Assembly: GCA_964508155.1 (NCBI GenBank)
Contig: CAZDRE010000004.1
Location: forward strand, 58,989 to 122,988
Length of the DNA stretch: 64,000 bases
Origin: an uncultured Candidatus Bathyarchaeia archaeon
Lineage (GTDB): Archaea; Thermoproteota; Bathyarchaeia; Bathyarchaeales; DTEX01
Direction of reading: 5' to 3'
The notes beneath the pieces are model-generated. The model was not told the origin of the DNA, made no database searches, and was given only the letters and a program-made list of their open reading frames with translations. Below are positions 60,245 through 64,000 of the stretch, one piece after another. Position 1 is the stretch's first letter. Each line of letters starts with the position of its first letter. Both the position numbers and the translations under genes were made by a program.

Positions 60245-60716
60245 TGGGCTTAGATCCTCATCTTCTATTAGGTTTCTGGCATCTCCGGGGAACATCTTTA
60301 TTATCGGCTCTGGAAAGCCTTGATCTAATGGGTATAATCAAAGTTCAGCCTATCCAAAGTAGCATTGATACAGTCATAATTTATGTCGACTCCGATGTCT
60401 CTTCTTCCGAGGATCTTACATTCTTTGAGGGCTGTCCCGGATCCACATATCTGATCGAGGATCCGCTCTTCAGGCTTAGAATATCTCAGGATGAGATTTC
60501 TTACCATCTGCGAGGCCAGTTTCCCCTGAAGTCGCTTTGGTGATTTCCCGCCTCCCTCAGGGAAGGACCATACATTCGTCCTTTCAAGCTCGAATTTCCT
60601 GGGCTGATATTCCCCTATGCTTCCCTTCCGGCCTATTTTCACAGTTGTATCTCCAATACGGATCTCCCTATGCGTCCTTACGAGGTTCTTATAATCCTTA
60701 GTGTGATCTTTCTCAT
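60245..60716 (-). pseudogene. degraded N4/N6 DNA methylase (TRM11-like) gene
   Basis: MRKIT... frameshifted into QPRKFELERTNVWSFP...RNLILRYS...ILDQICGSGT...GVDIN, then ...GDARNL in another frame, then truncated. Confidence 0.7.
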
Positions 60717-60871
60717 TGAGATATATCCCTGCCTCATCTCCCCATCACGATCAGCATCAATCTTAATTTAACTAAGAATTATAATGAATAATCTCTTCAG
60801 TTGCGTATTGGCTGCGTGGAAATAAATCTAATCTTTAAATGCGGATCATGATTAAGGGGGGCTAGGGCGCA

Positions 60872-62305
60872 TTGCCGTTATTTATGGGCATAGATATGGG
60901 AACGACGAATATAGCGGCTCTCATAGTTGAGATTCCCTCAGGCGATGTCAGGGCCGTCAGCGTTGTGCCGAATGATTCGGAGATAACGGGAGAGGAGGAT
61001 AGGCTGAGGGGGAGGAGCGAATGGGATGCTGAAAGGGCATCTGAGCTCGCCTTTAAGGCTGCGGCTGAGGCTGTTGCGAGAGTAGATCCGCAGATGATCA
61101 GGGGGATCGGCGTAACAGGTCAAATGCATGGGGTAGTCCTCGTCTCCGAGGACGGCCGGCCTCTTACGCCATTTATAGGATGGCAGGATAAGAGATGCGA
61201 TGAGAAGATGCCTGGAAGCGATAGAACCTACATTGACTACATGATCGAGTTGGCTGGAAGGGATGGATTCAGGCGTGAGGGGTGCCGTCCCGCTACTGGC
61301 TATATGGGATCAACGCTCTTCTGGCTGAAGGAGAATGATGCATTGCCGGATGAGCCTGCCACGCCATGCTTTCTACCCGACTACATAGTGATGAGGATGA
61401 CGGGTCATAAGCCCATAACTGACCCGACGAACGCTGGTAGCTCCGGAATCTTTGATGTTGTCTCAAGGAGATGGGATTCCAGCCTTATTGGGAGGCTTGG
61501 CCTTCAGAGAGTGCATCTGCCGGAGGTGAGGAGGTCAGGGGAGGTCATCGGCGGGCTTACCGCTGAAGCCTCAAAGAAGATGGGGCTGCCCTGTGGAGTT
61601 CCAGTCTCGGTTGCATGTGGAGATAATCAGGCGAGCTTCCTTGGAAGCGTATCGGATAGGCGTGGTTCCCTCCTAGTTAATATCGGAACTGGCGGGCAGG
61701 TCTCCCTTTGGGTTCCCGAGTACATTGAGATCAGAGATGTCGAGACGAGATGCTATCTGGATGAGAGCTACTTGCTTGTTGGAGCTGATACGTGCGGAGG
61801 CGGCTCCTACGCTCTGTTGCATAGATTCTTCCTAAATGTCGGGCGGGTATTCTTTGGGGCTAAAGGAGACGAGATACTATACGAGAGGATGATGTCATGC
61901 GCATCCAAAGTTCCGCCTGGAGCGGATGGGCTTCGATGCGAACCCTTCTTTTCCGGCTCAAGACTTGATCCCCACCGTCGAGCCGCGTGGTTTGGGATGA
62001 GCGAATCAAACTTTACAGCGGCTCACATGATACGTGCATTACTCGAAGGCATAGCCGATCACTTTAGGTCTTTATATGAGGTTATGATTAAGAGCGGCGT
62101 TTCACCTCGAAGATGCCTTGTCGGTTCAGGTAATGGAATTCGTAGAAATGCTTTGTTGGCTGAGATATTATCCGCTGTCTTCAACATGCCTATTAAGATT
62201 CCGCTGAATCGGGAGGAGGCTGCTTTAGGCGCGGCTCTACTGGCCGCGGTTGGATGCGGGGAGCTAAGCCTCGAAGAAGCATCAAAACTAATCAAGTATG
62301 AATAA
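60872..62305 (+). CDS. FGGY-family carbohydrate kinase (sedoheptulokinase/xylulokinase-like)
   Basis: GIDMGTT, TGQMHG, WQD.R, GDNQAS, NIGTGGQ, GNG, EAALGAA. Confidence 0.88.
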   Translation: MPLFMGIDMGTTNIAALIVEIPSGDVRAVSVVPNDSEITGEEDRLRGRSEWDAERASELAFKAAAEAVARVDPQMIRGIGVTGQMHGVVLVSEDGRPLTPFIGWQDKRCDEKMPGSDRTYIDYMIELAGRDGFRREGCRPATGYMGSTLFWLKENDALPDEPATPCFLPDYIVMRMTGHKPITDPTNAGSSGIFDVVSRRWDSSLIGRLGLQRVHLPEVRRSGEVIGGLTAEASKKMGLPCGVPVSVACGDNQASFLGSVSDRRGSLLVNIGTGGQVSLWVPEYIEIRDVETRCYLDESYLLVGADTCGGGSYALLHRFFLNVGRVFFGAKGDEILYERMMSCASKVPPGADGLRCEPFFSGSRLDPHRRAAWFGMSESNFTAAHMIRALLEGIADHFRSLYEVMIKSGVSPRRCLVGSGNGIRRNALLAEILSAVFNMPIKIPLNREEAALGAALLAAVGCGELSLEEASKLIKYE

Positions 62306-62400
62306 GCCATCTGCATCTCGGCTCACTATAGGATCACGTTATGTGCTCGTCTCTACAAAGTCTTATAAATGGAATCTTTTGATTAGATTGGAGGAAAGAT

Positions 62401-62480
62401 TGGAGTTTCCGGAGAAACTGATTTTTATAGGAGTTGACGGCGCAATACCGGATTTCAAGATGGTGGAAGGAGGCGGGGCG
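62401..62480 (+). pseudogene. N-terminal stub of a type I phosphodiesterase/AlkP-family gene
   Basis: TTG start after GGAGG; PEKLIFIGVDGAIPDF.KMVEGG matches the AlkP N-terminal metal-binding DG strand. Confidence 0.5.
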
Positions 62481-62481
62481 A

Positions 62482-63618
62482 CTACTCTTTCCCGGCTCTT
62501 TTGAGTAGGGGTTTAACGTATTCCGGTGGGTATCTGGTTGCCCTATAGATCCCATAGGTTCCCTTTTTCTTGTAGGGGCTTCTATACTCCCATACTATCT
62601 CTTTGTCTCGGGTTACCTCGAAGATGCGACATGGCCCACCTTCGCAGATGAGTATGTTCCCGTTTGGCAGAGGCTGAGCGCCTGAGATGAATGCGCTGAA
62701 GAAGCTCTCCTTTGGCGTTCCAGTATACTCCCATACTATCTCCTCTTCGATCGGGTTTAATTCTATGACGCGGGAGTATCTTCTGCGGGTTCCATTATCG
62801 AATATGAGTATGTTCCCATTCGGTAGCATGGTTGGCTGATGCTGGCCGTCGAGCTCTCCTGGACCCCAAGCCCAAACTATCTCGCCCGTCTCTCTATCTA
62901 TCACTCCGATGACGTCTAGGCTTCTATAGCTGAAAAGTATGTTTCCAGCCTTGAATCTTGAGTCTTTCCTCCCCGATTGGTTGTCCGGCAGAACCTCGCA
63001 TGTATTATTGTGAGCCCAGTCGAAGAGTAGATGCGGGATCATGTATTCTGGGTATCCTCTGAATTGGGAGGCTTTAAGGGGGAATCTTATTCCACAGAGA
63101 TCCTCAAGCTCTCTTATATGTTTCTCTCCGAACCATTCCCAGATTAGCTCCTTATCGCGTGTAACCTCTATTATGTATGGGCAGCGTTTAAGTTCAGGTC
63201 CAATATCAGGAGCCATCTTATCCATTATGCAATGTATCATTATGTGATCGTTCTCCATTATGTGGAAGTCGTGGTCGATCCTGCAGTGGAATGACCAGAC
63301 TATATTGCCTTCCGGATCTATCTCCCTTAAACCAGCTTGATTAATATCGGATCTATCTCTTGTCGTGTAGTATAGGTTGCCGTTTGGTAGGAGCTCGGTG
63401 AGCTGAAGCGCCGTCTTGACATTCCATTCGTGAACCACGTTTCCCTCCATGTCGATCAGGTAGATGCTTGCTGATTCTCCGGCGGCGATGTTCGGCGGGT
63501 CATAGCTGTGACAGAATAATGTATAGCCCTCATAGTATTCGTCTGGAACTGATATTGTAACTCCCTTCCCCCTCCAATCTCCCCCCATATAATCACCAAC
63601 TACTAGTAGTCCCATCAA
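62482..63618 (-). CDS. arylsulfotransferase (ASST)-like beta-propeller protein
   Basis: HD, DWAHNN, LFSYR, QH.P, IFDNG, YRATRY. Confidence 0.8.
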   Translation of the reverse strand: MMGLLVVGDYMGGDWRGKGVTISVPDEYYEGYTLFCHSYDPPNIAAGESASIYLIDMEGNVVHEWNVKTALQLTELLPNGNLYYTTRDRSDINQAGLREIDPEGNIVWSFHCRIDHDFHIMENDHIMIHCIMDKMAPDIGPELKRCPYIIEVTRDKELIWEWFGEKHIRELEDLCGIRFPLKASQFRGYPEYMIPHLLFDWAHNNTCEVLPDNQSGRKDSRFKAGNILFSYRSLDVIGVIDRETGEIVWAWGPGELDGQHQPTMLPNGNILIFDNGTRRRYSRVIELNPIEEEIVWEYTGTPKESFFSAFISGAQPLPNGNILICEGGPCRIFEVTRDKEIVWEYRSPYKKKGTYGIYRATRYPPEYVKPLLKRAGKE

Positions 63619-63704
63619 GCATATCTGTTTTTGCCAGTCTCCAAATTGAGCAAATGCGATATATCCCGCTTAAGCGTAAAGGGGGATTATGCGTGGTGAT
63701 GTAG

Positions 63705-64000
63705 GTGTCGGCTAAGAGGGTCTTTGTGCTCGGCTTGGATGCCTTATCTCCGAGGCTCCTGAAGAGATTCGTTGAGGAAGGCTTCCTGCCGAACTTTAAG
63801 AGGCTCATGGAGATTGGAGGCTTCTCTAAGGCTCTTCCGATCCTCCCGGCTCAGACACCTGAGAATTGAACGTCGATCGCGACCGGCTCCTATCCCGGGG
63901 CTCATGGGATAGCCGTTTGGGGAAGGCATGATGAGGGTCAGCCTGTGACTCAGCATTTCCCGGATGAGGCTATACTACAGGCAGCCCATAACGATCAAGG
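63705..64000 (+). pseudogene. type I phosphodiesterase/AlkP-family gene with an in-frame TGA (partial, runs off window end)
   Basis: MSAKRVFVLGLDAL...LPNFKRLME.G...AQTPEN*TSIATGSYPGAHGI; TGA at 63867-63869 at a normally conserved Trp. Confidence 0.7.

Noticed and set aside
57599..63869. TGA read-through (Trp or Sec recoding), suggested by TGA at Trp/Gly positions in the phosphodiesterase fragments
   Set aside because: TGA is a normal stop for intact genes here (e.g. thiL, cdc6, fen); TGG>TGA and GGA>TGA are single substitutions in evidently decayed genes.
336..63956. Numerous 60-150 aa ORFs antisense to or nested within well-supported genes
   Set aside because: Shadow ORFs with no motifs, fully explained by the opposite-strand coding sequence.

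Overview
A gene-dense archaeal chromosome segment. PolD, Elf1, a single-OB SSB, tungsten AORs and many catabolic genes together point to a TACK archaeon, most likely Bathyarchaeia; this is an inference. The centre of the window (about 19.4-34 kb) is a replication supercluster: SSB, TRAM, FEN1, PolD DP1, orc1/cdc6, an origin of replication with three ORB boxes, elf1, GGGP synthase and PolD DP2. Directly beside the origin are three uncharacterised DNA-binding-type genes, one of them a membrane-anchored coiled-coil winged-helix protein. They are interleaved with dense clusters of TGTGAT/ATCACA heptad and palindromic repeats, and this is my best candidate for an undescribed system (origin tethering/segregation, or a cell-cycle regulon). 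The flanks hold housekeeping genes (purF, purD, serA, thiL, prs, glnA, nadE, nrdDG, tRNA-Thr), a catalytically degenerate LarA homologue, a structured RNA upstream of ssb/TRAM and an MNT-HEPN pair. Several pseudogene relics are partly or wholly missed by the ORF track (PHP frameshift, EamA, dockerin, DNA methylase, three phosphodiesterase fragments). All calls come from reading motifs by eye; no database searches were run.
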